Shown here: positions 26,289-39,050 of the stretch, piece by piece
Numbering within the stretch: the first letter of the stretch is position 1
How the letters are laid out: every line of letters starts with the position of its first letter
Assembly (NCBI GenBank): GCA_013239625.1
Contig: MU054187.1
Coordinates: 22,137,280 to 22,201,279 of the forward strand
Direction: 5' to 3'
Length of the DNA stretch: 64,000 bases
Source of the DNA: Lama guanicoe
Lineage: Eukaryota
Notes under the pieces: generated by a model
Database searches by the model: none
The model's input: only the letters and a program-made list of their open reading frames with translations
Told to the model about the DNA's origin: nothing
Program-made: the position numbers and the translations under genes

Positions 26289-26599
26289 TGGTCTCATGTC
26301 TTTTAAGACAAAGACAGAGTGACCCAGAATTCACCGTGCTCCCTGGGGGTCCCGCAGGGGTGTTATTCCCACAAAAATTGCCCGAATCAGCCACTTCAAG
26401 GCTGGGGAGATGGAACCTTCCACTCCTGCAGCATTATCCTGACTTCAGGGAATTACATCTAGAATCCAAAAGACAGGGCTAAAGCAACAACCCTTTTTTT
26501 TTTTTAATTTATGTATCTAAAATCTAAGCTGGTTGCTCTACCTGAATGGCAAGGCACACTAAGGATTTTCTATAGCAATGGAACAAGAGCAAGCTCTCC

Positions 26600-26860
26600 T
26601 CTCCTCGCACTCCAGCAGCACCTCTGAACCGCTGACCTCCTGAATCAGGGCGCTTCGAGTCCATCTTCGCTACGCCTGTAAAGTGGTCACCGCGCGGAGG
26701 GAGAGCGCTGCCCTTCGGCGAAAGCAGCAGACCGCAGTTCTGTTGGAAAATTAATGCAAAGCTGCCAGCTTATCTGCTCGGCTTGGAGGAACCAGAGCAG
26801 AAATCCAGCTGGACCCTCAGGGAGTTCATTTCTTTACGCAGAGTTAATCCGGACATAGGT
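26600..26860. promoter_or_regulatory. CpG-dense unique element, candidate enhancer/insulator
   Basis: 13 CpGs in 26606-26734. CTCF-like ccgcgcggagggag (26690-26703) and reverse tcgccgaagggcag (26708-26721), AP-1-like tgaatca, RUNX-like accgca. Confidence 0.45.
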
Positions 26861-28298
26861 GGCACATCCAAACAAGCATCAGTTTCCTGGGCCAATGAAG
26901 GTCTCATTATAGACGTGCATGTATCATTAAAACTTAGCTTTGTGTCCGTTTCACATATTTGAATGTTTTGCAAGCTGATCGCCTCATAGACAGAATCTGG
27001 TCCCTTCCAAATCTGTCTTGGCTGTTTTAAAATTGGCTTTGACCCCTTTTCAATGACACTGGAGAGCTAGTTCCCCAGTCCTCCCATTCCTTTCTGTCTT
27101 GTACCCAGTCAGCTTCACCTATTGGCATTACTTTTCCAATTCTTCAAATAATTAACGTTTGTGAAACCCTAGAAATGGCTTATTTTTGCCCTCAGCATCA
27201 CAAATATTCTTGGCCCAAAAAAATGTCTTAGTCTGGCCTGAAGATGGTGGAGCAGAGGCAGCTGGAGCTCACCTCTTCTCACAGACACACCAGGATCACG
27301 ACTCACAGCAGAACAATCAGCGATAAAAATGACTGGAAAAAAATCAGAAAGGATCTGTAGCTAAAAATTGAAAGAAGAAACCACGATGAGACTGGTAGGA
27401 GGGATGGACTTGCAATATAATTAGGACCCATGCCCCCGGGGTGGGTGACCCACTGGAGAATAATTAGATTGTGAATATTGTCCCATGGGAGTGAGAGTGA
27501 GTCCCATACCTGGCTCCCAATCCAGGGACCTGGCACCGGGAGGTGTCCCCACACTGTTGGGCTTTGAAGGCCAGCTGGGCTTGATTTCAGGAGCTCAGTG
27601 GGACTGGAGGAATCAGAGACTGTACATTAAGGGTCACATGAAAAATCTCTCAATTTCTGAGACCAAGGACAGGAGCAGTAACTTCACAGGAGCCTGGGCC
27701 AGACCTACCTGCTGGGCTTGGGAGTCTCCTGGGGAGGTGTGGGGTTGGCTGTGGATCACCCTGGGGGCATGGACATGGTGGCAGACACTTGAGGGTGTCC
27801 ATCTGAGTGAACCCTCCTTCCAGGAGGCTGACATCTTGCTTGGACATTAGCACTGAAAATTGGCTGCACCAAACAGCATTTAGACTCCAGAGCTGGGATG
27901 CCCCAGGCCATATCCCCACCCATCAGCAGACACTACCTAAGGCTGACCTCGCAGCTGCCTCTAGACCCGCCCCTAGACACAGCCCTGTCCACCAGAAGGC
28001 CAAGACCCAGCTCCACCCACCAGTGGGCAGACAGCAATCCCTCTCACCAGGAAGCCTGCACAAGCCTCTAGAACAGCCTCACTCACCAGGGGGAAGACAT
28101 CAGAAGCTAGAAAACATTGATCTCACAACCTGCAAAACAAGCCCGCAAACACAGGCCAGTATCTAGCTTGGGGGCCGCTGACCACAGGCCCCTGGATGAT
28201 GAAGGGAGCACACCACTGGAATGCATAGGGTCCCCAGAGAGGGCCCCTTTCCAAGGTTGAGAAACCTACATAAAAATACAAATAGATATTTAGACAAA

Positions 28299-29400
28299 AT
28301 GAGGCAAAAGATCAAATCCCAGAAGAAAAAAATAAGTGATGGGGAGATAGGCAATCTACCTAAGAAAGAGTTCAGAGTAATGTTTGCAAAGATGATCAGA
28401 GAGCTGAGGAGGAGAATAGATGCACAGAGCAAAGATGCTCAGAGCAAAGAGTTAGAAAGTATAAAGAACAACCAAACAAAATTGGAGAATACAATTACTG
28501 AATGAGTAATACACTAGAAGGAACCAAGAATAGACTAAATGAGGCAGAAGAGTGGATCAGTGAGCTAGAAGACAGAGTAGCAGAAATCACTCCTGCAGAA
28601 CAGAAAAAAGGAAAAAAGGATGGAAAGAAATGAAGACAGTTTAAGAGACCTCTGGGACAACACGAAGTGCACTAATATTCACATCATAGAAGTCCCAGAA
28701 GGAGAAGAAAGAGAGAAAGGGCCCGAGAAATTATTTGAAGAGTTAATAGCTGAAAACATCCCTAACCTGGGGAAGAAAACAGTCACCTAAGTCCAGGAAG
28801 CTCAGAGAGTCCCACACAGGATTAACCCAAAGAAGAGCATACCAAGACATATAATTAAAGTGTCAAAAATTAAAGATAAAGAGAGAATATTAAAAGCATC
28901 AAGGGAAAAGCAACAAATAACATACACAGGAACTCCCACAAGACAATCAGCTGATTTTTCAGCAGAAACTCTGCAGGTCAGAAGAGAGGGGCATGATATA
29001 TTTTAAAAAGATGTTAACGACTATATATAAGCATAGATTTAAAAAGAAAATTTCTTCTGTGTAGCACAGGGAACTATATTCAGTATCTTGTATTAACCTT
29101 TAATGAGAAAGAATATGAAAACAAATATATGTTTGTGTATGCATGACTGGGACATTGTGCTGTACACCAGAGACCGACACATTGTAACTGACTGTACTTC
29201 TGTAATTTTTTTTAATTAAAAAATAAAATAAAATAAAATGATGAAGGGGAAAAACCTACAGCTAAGAATACTCTATCCAGCAAGTCTCTCATTCAGATTT
29301 GTTGGAGAAATCAAAAGCCTTACAAGACAAGCAAAAGCTAAAAGAATGCAACACTGCCAAACCAGCTTCCCAACACATGCTAAAGGAAACCCCTCTGGCA
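28299..29400 (+). pseudogene. Disrupted L1 ORF1 (ORF1p RNA-binding/chaperone protein)
   Basis: ATG at 28299. Recognisable ORF1p N- and C-terminal peptides in ORFs 28221-28505 and 29238-29477, broken by stops/frameshifts and a nested L1. Confidence 0.85.
29014..29233 (+). mobile_element. L1 3'UTR fragment nested in ORF1
   Basis: tttcttctgtgtagcacagggaactatattc. TSD taaaa(a/t)gatg at 29004-29013 and 29234-29243. Confidence 0.85.
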
Positions 29401-29626
29401 GAAAAGAAAAGGCCACAAGCAGAAACAAGAAGATTCCAAACTGGAAAAGCTCACTGATAAAGGCAAACATACAGTAAAGGTAGGAGATCATTCTCTCACA
29501 AACCAGCAGGAAGGGTGAAAGAGACATCAGTAGTCAAACCGTTGATTTTCACAACAAGCAGTTAGGAGAGACATAAAGCAAGCGTAAAACGTTAACATCC
29601 AGAAATAGTCTTAATGCTGTTAGTTG

Positions 29627-29696
29627 TGGGTTCAATCCCCAGCACCTCCATTAAAATAAAGAACTAGATAGATAGGTAGATAAATAGATAGGCAGC
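29627..29696 (+). mobile_element. 5'-truncated Vic-1-type SINE with (TAGA)n tail, nested in the L1 spacer
   Basis: gggttcaatccccagcacctccattaaaataa. Confidence 0.75.
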
Positions 29697-31290
29697 TAGT
29701 AATAATGAGAGGAGGAGAGGACAAATGCAGGATGCTTAAAATGCTTGAAAATAAGAGATCAGCAACCTAAAGCAATCATATATATATATATCTATATATA
29801 TATACACACACACACATATATATATACATACACACACATATATACAGATGTACATACAGATATTATATCAAAACCTTATGGTAACCGCAAACCAAACATC
29901 TATAATAGACACACACCCAAAAAAGGACTTAGTCTGGCCTGATGTTGTTATGTCAGCAGCCTTTTACAATACACATGGCTTGAGAAGCACCTGGCTGAGG
30001 GCTCAGGAAGGCTGTGAATGAATGAAGCAGGCTGCCTCTAGGAGGGAAGCCAGATGCCTTGCTCCTTCCTTCCTGAAGAAGGTCTATTGTATTTGCTGCC
30101 CGGCCTTGTTTTATTGCTCCAAAGATGGAAATTCAGTTAAGTTCAGCAATGCCGAGAGAGGATGCAAAGAAAGCGGGGCTGAAGATAAGGAAGGCACAAA
30201 AGGAGACTGGGCGTGAGTAGGCAGGCAGCAAGTTCAATACAAGAATAATTTGTTCCTTCCAGGGAGAAGCAAAAAAAAAAAATCCTTTAGTAATAATGAA
30301 CTTTGTTTTATTGAGGAACATCCATGAGTGTGAAGACGAAGTGTGTGGGCTGTAACCGGGGTAACCAGAGTGGGCAGTGGTTCAGCAGTCTGAGAATTTA
30401 TGGTGAGTCTTGGAAAGGGCGCATCTGTTCCCTTCAGTCTCCTGCATCTCAGTGGCACCTGATGCTCTGACTCTGAGCTCAGCCTTGGGTCAGGGAGAAG
30501 AGGGCTGGCTGGCAGTTGGAGATTCTAGCCTTACTCATTATCATTCAGTTCATTAGGAGAGGAGAAATGAAGAGAGAAAATATGAGAAAAGTAAAGTAGG
30601 ACATGGTAAAAAAAGAAATTAAGTTTATTTTTAGACACACACAAACTGCATAATAAGAATCTGCGTGACAATGACCTGATATTCTTGAGCCTCATTTGAG
30701 ACATTAAATCTTCAGTCCTTTTTTACCCTAATCTGTGCTCAAGCAGGAAACCCCAGCTTCTCTGGGCTGAATCACCTGATGCCTCAACCACCTGTATCAC
30801 TGGTTCATGGAAACATAAAAGCCCTTCTACTAAATGGGCTCAGTATAAATTAATTTCTGATAGAGAAAAAAAATAGCTAAGAATATCGGATTAGCACATC
30901 ACAGAAAGCTTACGGATTTGTAACCTCCTGAATAAGGAGTTACCATGTTATAATTTATTCTACTAGGGATTTCTGTGAAAAGAATTAAGGCCCAATGTGA
31001 TTAGGTACATCCTGAAATTTTCATTGAGTAACATATAGAAGGCTGCTGCATTAGCAAATATGTTCAAATTAGCCAGTTCCTCAGCTTTCTAGTCTTCTAG
31101 AAAGCCGCAGTCAAATTGTGGGTCTACAAAATCACTCCACAATGTCTCATTTATATTAATTGTGTAATGAGTTGTGAATATTTTAAAGCTAGAATCTTAA
31201 CATACGATGGGGGCTCTTCCAAATAATTGCCCAAAGGTTAGTTTCATTAGTACTAACAAGGACTGTTGTTTGAAAGATATAGTTTCTCAC

Positions 31291-31378
31291 CAATGTGCAG
31301 GCCTCTGTTACACAATTTCGTGTTGACACATTGACTTTAGTATCTTAGCAGAGCTGCAGATGCCAGTAAATGTGCCTG
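31291..31378 (-). other. Candidate non-coding exon (88 nt, or 85 nt via NAGNAG)
   Basis: Minus-strand acceptor atttcttgtatttCAGCAG and donor TTG|GTGAGA. Stops in all three frames. Lies in a ~2.5-kb block with no recognisable repeats. Confidence 0.25.
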
Positions 31379-32663
31379 CTGAAATACAAGAAATATTCCA
31401 TCGACATTCTTGGAAATAATTTTGTTAAAAAACGTCCAGTGTCAGAAGTGACAGGAAGATCTTGAAAAGGGGGTCATTTGGAATTGATGAATTTCATATT
31501 TACTGTCTCTCTCCTCACCGAAAACAGTGACATGTATTCTTCTTTTCCAAAAAACAGTTTTACTCGTAGGGCATGGGTACACTTTAGTGCTTTGCCTTAT
31601 TTCACCACTCATTATAAAACCAACACTCTCCCATGGGAGTCCTCACTGCAATGCAGATTTGAACTTATTTTTCAACTTTACACTCATGATGGAAAATTGA
31701 AAGCTTTATTTCTCTTCATATTTATTTCACTCATATTTCAAGTAAGAAATTGGTCTTTAAGTCTGCCTACTGCTCATTGACAAAACACAAATTAATCTTA
31801 CTAATTAGCCTGGAATGGGAGTGGAAAGCCAACTCTCCTGTTTCTCAGTAGCCTGTGTTTTAGCATCTATTAGCTATCAATTATTTTTGTGGCCTATGTC
31901 CCAGCAATGATGTATTTGATAATAAGTTTCAAACTAAACCATGATATCAAAATCTCTTTTTATCCTAAAATTTCATGTCTGTCAACCAGTCTCAAGCAGG
32001 AGAGAGAATTATAGGTAAAACGGGTTGGTGTGGAAGATTTCCTAACCTTCCTATTCAAGACACGAGTCTCCATTGTATAAGTGGCCCTCCAGAGGCATCC
32101 GTGGGTTTCATATATCCATCTTCAGTTATAAGAAATACAAACACCTGATTTGCTCTTGCTGCAGTGTGTTGGTGTCAGGTATTGAGTCTCAAGGTAGAAG
32201 AACCTTCCGTGTTTCACCTATTTTTCTACATCCCACTTTCCTTTAGGTTTTGGCTTGATAGTCCCTTATTATTTTGTTAAATATTTTGTTCTTTTAAGAA
32301 AATTAAAAAAGGAAACTTACATAGTATCTTAGCTGTTTCCGTGAGGAGTTTGGTCCACAACTAGTTTGCCATTTACTGGAAACAGAAATCTTTGGTTCTT
32401 AGACCTTATGGTAGGAATCACCTGACAGGTAGCTAAAGGAAGAGACTGGGATGCATCTTTGAACATGGACGAATGACACAGTGTGCAAAGCACTCGCAAT
32501 GCTTTGCAGAGCATAAGGAGACCAAGTTTGGGGTGTGAGGCACTTCTTTAGTTTTTCAAGATGTACTTTACAGCCTCCAAACTAGCTAGACTGTGTCGCC
32601 TGGAAGAGCTGTCTAACTCTTCACATCATCCTTAATAGACTCTTTCTAATCCCAAAGCAAGCA

Positions 32664-33018
32664 TGTCTTGGTCCCTTTGGGCTACTCTGACAGAATGCCA
32701 GACTGGGTGACTTGTGAACAATAGAAATTTGTTCCTCACAGTTCTGGAAGCTGGACGTCCAAGATCAAGGGACCCTAAATTGGGTGTCTGGAGAGAGCCT
32801 GCTTCAGTTCATAGACAGCTGTCTACTTGCTGTGTGCTCACATGACGGAAGCAGAAGAGAGCTCTCTGAGCCTCCTTTAGAAGGGCACTAATTGCATTCA
32901 TGAGGGCTCCACCCTTCTGACCTAATCACCTTCCAAAGACCCACCTTTTAATATCATTACATTGGATATTTGCATTCTATGAATAAATTGGGGGGAAATA
33001 AACATGCAGTCTATAGCA
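32664..33018 (-). mobile_element. MaLR solo LTR (MLT1A-like)
   Basis: TG...CA ends. cacagttctggaagctggacgtccaagatcaagg, ttcatgagggctccaccc. Confidence 0.88.
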
Positions 33019-33039
33019 GTATGAAACCTGTATGAACTT

Positions 33040-33240
33040 ATATGACTGAGTCATACAGCGTATACCATTTTGTGTCTGGCTTCTTTCACTCTGGACAATG
33101 ATTTTAAGAGTCATTTCTGTTGTTGTATATATCACTACATTTTATATTGCTAAGAGGTATATTTCTTTGTATGGATGTACCACAATTTACTTAGCCATTC
33201 AGCTATTGATAGACATTGAGGTTATTTCTACTTTTTGCCC
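33040..33240 (-). mobile_element. Old L1 3' fragment
   Basis: ttgtgtctggcttctttcactc...gatagacattgaggttatttc. Confidence 0.7.
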
Positions 33241-33638
33241 CTCCAGAAGTTTCCTTTCCAGAAAAGGATGAGATTGGAATTGGGAAGAGGCATATCAAGA
33301 CTTCTGGTACATTAGTAAGGTTTTATTGGTGGTAATACAGGTATTTGCTTAATAATTATTCACTGAAATGTGCATACAAGCTATATTTAACTTTTTTGTC
33401 CATACATTATATTTCATCAAAAGAGAAGAAAAATCAAGATAAAGTATCTGAGATTACATCTGCAGGAAGGTGAAGCAGCTGTGGTTTAGTGAAGAAATTC
33501 CTATCTCTGATGAAAATGAATTTGGAGAATGTTACTTAACCTCTCTCAGCCCCATTCATTTGTGAAATCAGGGTGATGAAACCAGGTAAATTATATTACA
33601 ACACTTTGTCATTTGTACTATGCTATACCCACAGGAGA

Positions 33639-33704
<66 letters not shown>
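33639..33704. repeat. (CAT)22 perfect trinucleotide repeat
   Basis: Read directly from the sequence. Confidence 0.97.
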
Positions 33705-33706
<2 letters not shown>

Positions 33707-33793
33707 CTATTGAAAAGGAGAAGGAAAAAATGATGAACCCAAAGTTTCCAACTTATCTGTTTCCTGTCTGGCCCGTGGGCTGTTCTTTCCCAC

Positions 33794-34268
33794 TGGGCAG
33801 CCATGCTGCTGTGCCACTTAGATCCTCCTTCAAGAAAGAAACTTCTGCAAAGTGTGTAGTTGGCTGACACCTCCAATGGCCACATCCTCAGGATCTGCTG
33901 AAGCATCCAGGCTGAGGCCACTCTCCCCAGGCTGCTGCCACTAGTGTCTGAGCAGGTAGGAATACTAACGTTGAACCTTTTCTGCCCAACACAAGACACC
34001 TCAACGGGCAATCTTTGTTCCAGGGCCCCACTACTGGCCAGGCCAGGACCTTATTAGAGCTGTGCAGGGCTCTGAGGCTCTTCTTACCCAATCCTCCCCC
34101 ACTCCCTCCTCTCCTTCCAGACTCAGACCTGTATCACCCTTCACAGGCTCTCCCTGACTTCTGCCCCTCTCTACCTTATTTTTCACAAGACTTTCCCCTA
34201 ATAAATCTCTTACACTTCTCACTCTGTCTTAGCATCTGCTTAGCGTCTTAGAGGACCAGAACTGACCA
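33794..34268 (+). mobile_element. ERVL LTR16-like solo LTR
   Basis: gaggccactctccccaggctgct, ttacccaatcctcc, aataaatctcttacac...gtcttagcatctgctt. Confidence 0.8.
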
Positions 34269-34921
34269 ACGTATGAAGAACAGTGCTTTTAATTAGCAAG
34301 AACTATGAAAAATTTTTAAATCAAAAGAGAAGAAATTGTTAACAAACAGTCTCATAGACCAATGCAAATCAATTTTTAAACTTATTTTTGGTCCCAATGT
34401 GCCATGTAAATATAGCCAGATTCATGAAATTGACAGTTCTATCCAAAAAGAAATCCATAGATTGAACAATTGAGTCCTCAAAATGCTGTTTATTCTGCAA
34501 CCAAACTGCATTTTCTCGTTCTCATTTACTCATTTCTACATCCAATCCATATTCTTTTTGAAATAAATTTATTAAAGGCCTCCCAAATCTGGATTTTTCT
34601 TAAGTCTCTTAAGATAAAGTCACCTAAATAGAGGGTTTGTGTCAATTTGGAAACACCACTAAGCTATAGAAGTCCGATGCTCTAGGGAATTTAAGTATTT
34701 AAGTCAGCAGAGCACATTAAAAAAAAAAATCTTTGCATCTACATTTTGCATTTATGTTCCAAATATTTACCAAGTCAGCTGCCAAATGAAAATGATTTTT
34801 GCATAAACTGTGAACTAAAATTTTCAAGAAACAAGGAAACTGCATTTACATTTATTTCATTTAAAATCATCATGGTTTTTATGGCATTTATCATTTTCTT
34901 ATTTTTTTAAAGGAAACAATA

Positions 34922-35100
34922 GGGTATATAATAGGTGAAGTGGTCAAATGTGTAGCTAATCGGTGGTAACTAGACTCGTGGGGATGATGACTCGGCAGGA
35001 TATACAGATGTGGAACTACAATGCTGTGCCTCTGCAGCTCACATAATTTTTTTAAAAGGTAATCATTGAATAAATCAGAAAAAAAATGAAATAAAATAAA
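34922..35100 (+). mobile_element. Older L1 3' end
   Basis: ggtggtaactagactcgtggggatgatgac...actacaatgctgtgc plus an A-rich tail. Confidence 0.6.
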
Positions 35101-37363
35101 AATGATTGATTTTAAATCAGTGTGTTTTCCTAAAATTAAACATGACGTCTTCAATTTGCTCCAGCATGGTTATTCTAGGAAGTGTTCAGTTCAAATCAAA
35201 ATTCACAATTAATTTCATTATTTGGGGACTAAATATCCCATTGAAAGTTCAATGTGTAAAATGTATCACTTTGATTATATATAAAGAAAGCATAACTGAT
35301 TGTCTGCACTATTTTAAGTCTTATTTGAAACACTGTTGGGTAGGATGAAGTGCAGGGTTAAGAACCAAAGCTGGGTGAGAGGTAAGAATTCCATCACTGA
35401 CTCAATGACAACTAGAATCTGTCCAAGACCCCACCTTGAATTTAGCACCAAGTCTCTCTCTCAAACCTCACCTGATTCTTTTCTTATTTCCTTGATCAAC
35501 CAACTCTCCATTCTCCTGTACATCTGTTCATTTTCTTCCCTAAATGCTTGTTTATTTATCATCCTTTTGATTCATAGATCAAATAGATATTTGAGGCCAA
35601 TATCTTAGTCTTTTCTTCTTTCTATCCCTCCAGCTACAAACCAACTGAACTTCTTTTACCTTCATGGTGTCCTTCCAATTGGAGTTGTCTTCCAACTTTC
35701 CAGATCTCTTCCTGCACAAGCATCCTGAAATGCATCCCCTATTCCACTGCTCCAACTTCCATCTTGTCCATCATTCATAACCAACTGACAACATGTCAAG
35801 AACATTGCATTTTTAGTCTAACAACAGGTGAATTTAAAACAATGAATGGTTTTATGTTTGAATTCTGTTTGAATGACTTCAAACAGAAATAGAAATAGAC
35901 CCTTAATTTTTTTCTAGGAACTTAAACATTCAGATCTCTCTTCTGCTTATATTTAAACAGATGTTAAGCCAACTCATAGTCTCCTGGGCCAGGTAGGAGA
36001 AGGGCAGAGCTGCTATCAGAATGAACTCTTGGGTGTTTACAAACAGGCGAAGTGTCCACTGGGAGCACAGCTAAACCTGGGACACCTCCCTCCAGTCCTG
36101 GAATGTTTCTACTGCAGTAGGAGGGAAATGGGAAAATGTGAGGAGGAGGTGTTCCTTAAATAGAATCAGTCAAGACCTTTGAATAATCTGCCCCCCTTGT
36201 GTCCAAAATCTGCAGTGGTAGTTTTATCTTCCACCCTGCAGTATTTGATGGCTACCCGAAACCATGTTCTGAACCTCAGAGCTCTTTGTTCATTCATTCA
36301 TTCATTCATTCATGTGTTTATTTAATGCTCACTCTGTCTCAGAAGCTGTGCTAGTAGCCCTTAGTTCTGATCTCAAGGGGTGACTCAAAAAAATACGTGT
36401 ATTTCTGTCTTCACAAATTCATCGGCCCTTAAGATTTTCAGCGTAGTGTCTGTCCTCAGCTAGATGTTAGGATCAAACTGATCCCCAGTGCTAACTAATT
36501 AATCCAGGTAGATCTCAAGTAGATAAAGTCTGAGAGGGTGTGGCAGATGTAGCGTGGATCCCACATGAGGAGAGAGGGAACTCAGAGGTCTTTAAATCAC
36601 ACACTTCAACTTCCATTCTTGTTACCTAGGCTGGTCTGATGTTGGCAAAGAATGGAGTAGAGGTCCCAAGCTTCCTCCCCTCCGCATTCAATTCTCCTTT
36701 TTCCCATAAGCTTCCAACTTAGGATCTAAGGCCTAGTTTGGTGACATTCTCCTTTCAAGGAGGGTGAAAACTCCATTTAAGAAAGAAGTTGTGTTAACCA
36801 AAATCAGATGAGGACTGAGAACGCATCCCTACCACCTGGAACATGGACATTCCTGCCAGATTAGGGCAGACAGAACGTCAGGCCCTACTTCCACACCAGT
36901 TGCTATAAAAATAGAGGCCAAATATTTCATGTGATGTTGAAATTTCAGGCCATGATAATATAAACCAACCAACACATACACATCAGTGCCACTGTCCCTT
37001 GCACCGCTCCACTCCATTTGTAAGATGTGTCTTCTCACTGGCCAGAAATCCAGGCTACATTTAGTCAACACACCCACTGCTCTGAACACACATCCCAAGT
37101 ATGAATACACATACATCCAAGTCACCATGCGGCCACCCAGGGGGCTCCCATCTTAATCGTCCTCCTCGCTTGATTCTTGCCCTTTCAGCAAGTTTTCTTC
37201 TCCTCTAATGTCTTCACCAGGTTGCTTCTCTTTTGGTTCACAAAGCCTTGGTGTCCCTTCGGCCAACTTACTAACTTACTCCTCCTATCTGAGGCAGACA
37301 TCAACTTATTTAGGCAAAGTACTTTATTAAATACAAAGAAACAAGATGTAAGCTATCATTTCT

Positions 37364-37547
37364 TTATTTACGGCATTTTTTAAAGTGATCTCTTTTCTTT
37401 TTGTTTTATTTATTTAAAAAAATTGGGGGTTGGGGGTGGGTAATTATGTTTACTTATTTATTTATTTCTAGGGGAGGGACTGAGGATTGAACCCAGGACC
37501 TTGTGAGTGCTAAGTGTGTGCTCCACCTGAGATATCCCCTCCCCTCC
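37364..37547 (-). mobile_element. Vic-1-type SINE
   Basis: Perfect 15-bp TSD taagctatcatttct at 37349-37363 and 37548-37562. Confidence 0.92.
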
Positions 37548-37729
37548 TAAGCTATCATTTCTAACAGAGATGGCTGACTCTGGAAAATTTGAGGAAGGTG
37601 AAGACCACCTTCCCATACGTCTTTAATTCAGCTGGTCACTTTGCCCACTGTGCCAGGTGCTACCCAACAGCTCCTCAATCAAAGCGAAATGCACTACCCA
37701 GTGTCAGCTCATCAATTATAGGTTTTTTT

Positions 37730-37934
37730 TAATTTTTTTAAAACATATTTAATTCACAAGCTGTGCATGAAAATATTTTGATTGTAAAAATACAGATAAA
37801 GACCAATTCTCCTTGGTTTACATTACCCGCCCCAACTTTTCATTACATCTTATACAAAAGCTACCACTGGCAATTTGGCTTATATTATCTCAGATCATTT
37901 TCTGTACATTAGATTGATAGACAGACGGACAGAT

Positions 37935-37982
<48 letters not shown>

Positions 37983-39050
37983 CAGACAGACAAACTTAAA
38001 TATATATGATACAGCTTTGTTTTGTGAAGTTTAGTTTTGTTTTGCTTACAAAAATGGAATTATACTGTTCCTTTATTTAACAACATATTTTTAATTAGGT
38101 CTTGAAAATATTTTCCTATCTCCAAATTTCCCTTATTTTTTCAATAGTTATTGTGTAGTTATTTCCTATGAATGTATCATAATTCAATCATCAGTTCCCT
38201 GAGGTGCTTAGTAATTTCACTCTTCCCAAAAATGCCAAAAGAAGCTTTCTTATAAATATCGCTTTGCACATATGTGGGAGTGTTTGTCTAGTATTGACAA
38301 TTATTTTAATAAAAACTGCCAAATTTCTCTAAAGGCTGTTTAGCCATTTAACTAATTTGTATACCCTTCATTTTTCCACATCCTCATATAACACTTAGAT
38401 AATCTCCAATTTTTGTTTGTTTGCTTTTAAATGTGGTTTACAAATATTTCCTCCTTGTCTGTTCCTTGACCATTAACTTTATTATGGTACAGGAACTTTG
38501 TAATTTGTACAGAGTTAAATTATGAATATTTTTTCTTTATTGCATTTGTAGCTTGCGTCTTGATTCAAAGAACCTCGCCCACCCCAGATTTGTAAATATG
38601 TCCCTCATACCTTCTCCTAACTCTTTAAAATCTTATTTAACTGTTTAATCCACTGGAGTTCACTTTTGTGTCTATTGTGATTTAAATAACTTACTTTTTT
38701 CCCCATTGGTGCAAAATCATTTACTGAATAGTTAGCATTATCCTCTCTGATTGACATGCTACCTTTATTGTTTACTAAACTTCAATGTATATGTTGTTCT
38801 GCTTCTTAACTCTCTGTTAGATGTAACAGATCTATCATTCCATTTTTGCATGACTACCATTCTGTTTAAATCACTTTAACTTAAGACTACACTTTACCAT
38901 AGAAGGCAAATTCCCTCTTATTTAAAAATAATAATTTCTTACTTATTCTTGTGTTTTACTTTCCAGATGAATTTTATATTTAGCCTGACAAATTCCATAG
39001 TATTTCTTGTTGGAATTTTTATTTCTATTACTTTGAATTTATGGCTACTT
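37730..39050 (-). mobile_element. Ancient L1 (L1M-type) fragments
   Basis: T-rich antisense L1 motifs (tttaatccactggagttcacttttgtg, ttccagatgaattttatatttagc). Confidence 0.6.
37910..37992. repeat. (GATA)n/(GACA)n tetranucleotide microsatellite
   Basis: Read directly from the sequence. Confidence 0.95.

Larger units (their letters stand above)
27242..29920 (+). mobile_element. 3'-truncated L1: 5'UTR + ORF1 + inter-ORF spacer, no ORF2, TSD-bounded
   Basis: Starts at the L1 head aagatggtggag. ORF1p remnants (GNLPKKEFRVM; KGKNLQLRILYPASLSFR). Perfect TSD core cttagtctggcctga at 27227-27241 and 29928-29942. Confidence 0.9.

Noticed and set aside
33568..34011. Poly-Asp (147 aa) and poly-Ile (84 aa) ORFs
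   Set aside because: They are readings of the (CAT)22 repeat plus LTR16 sequence.
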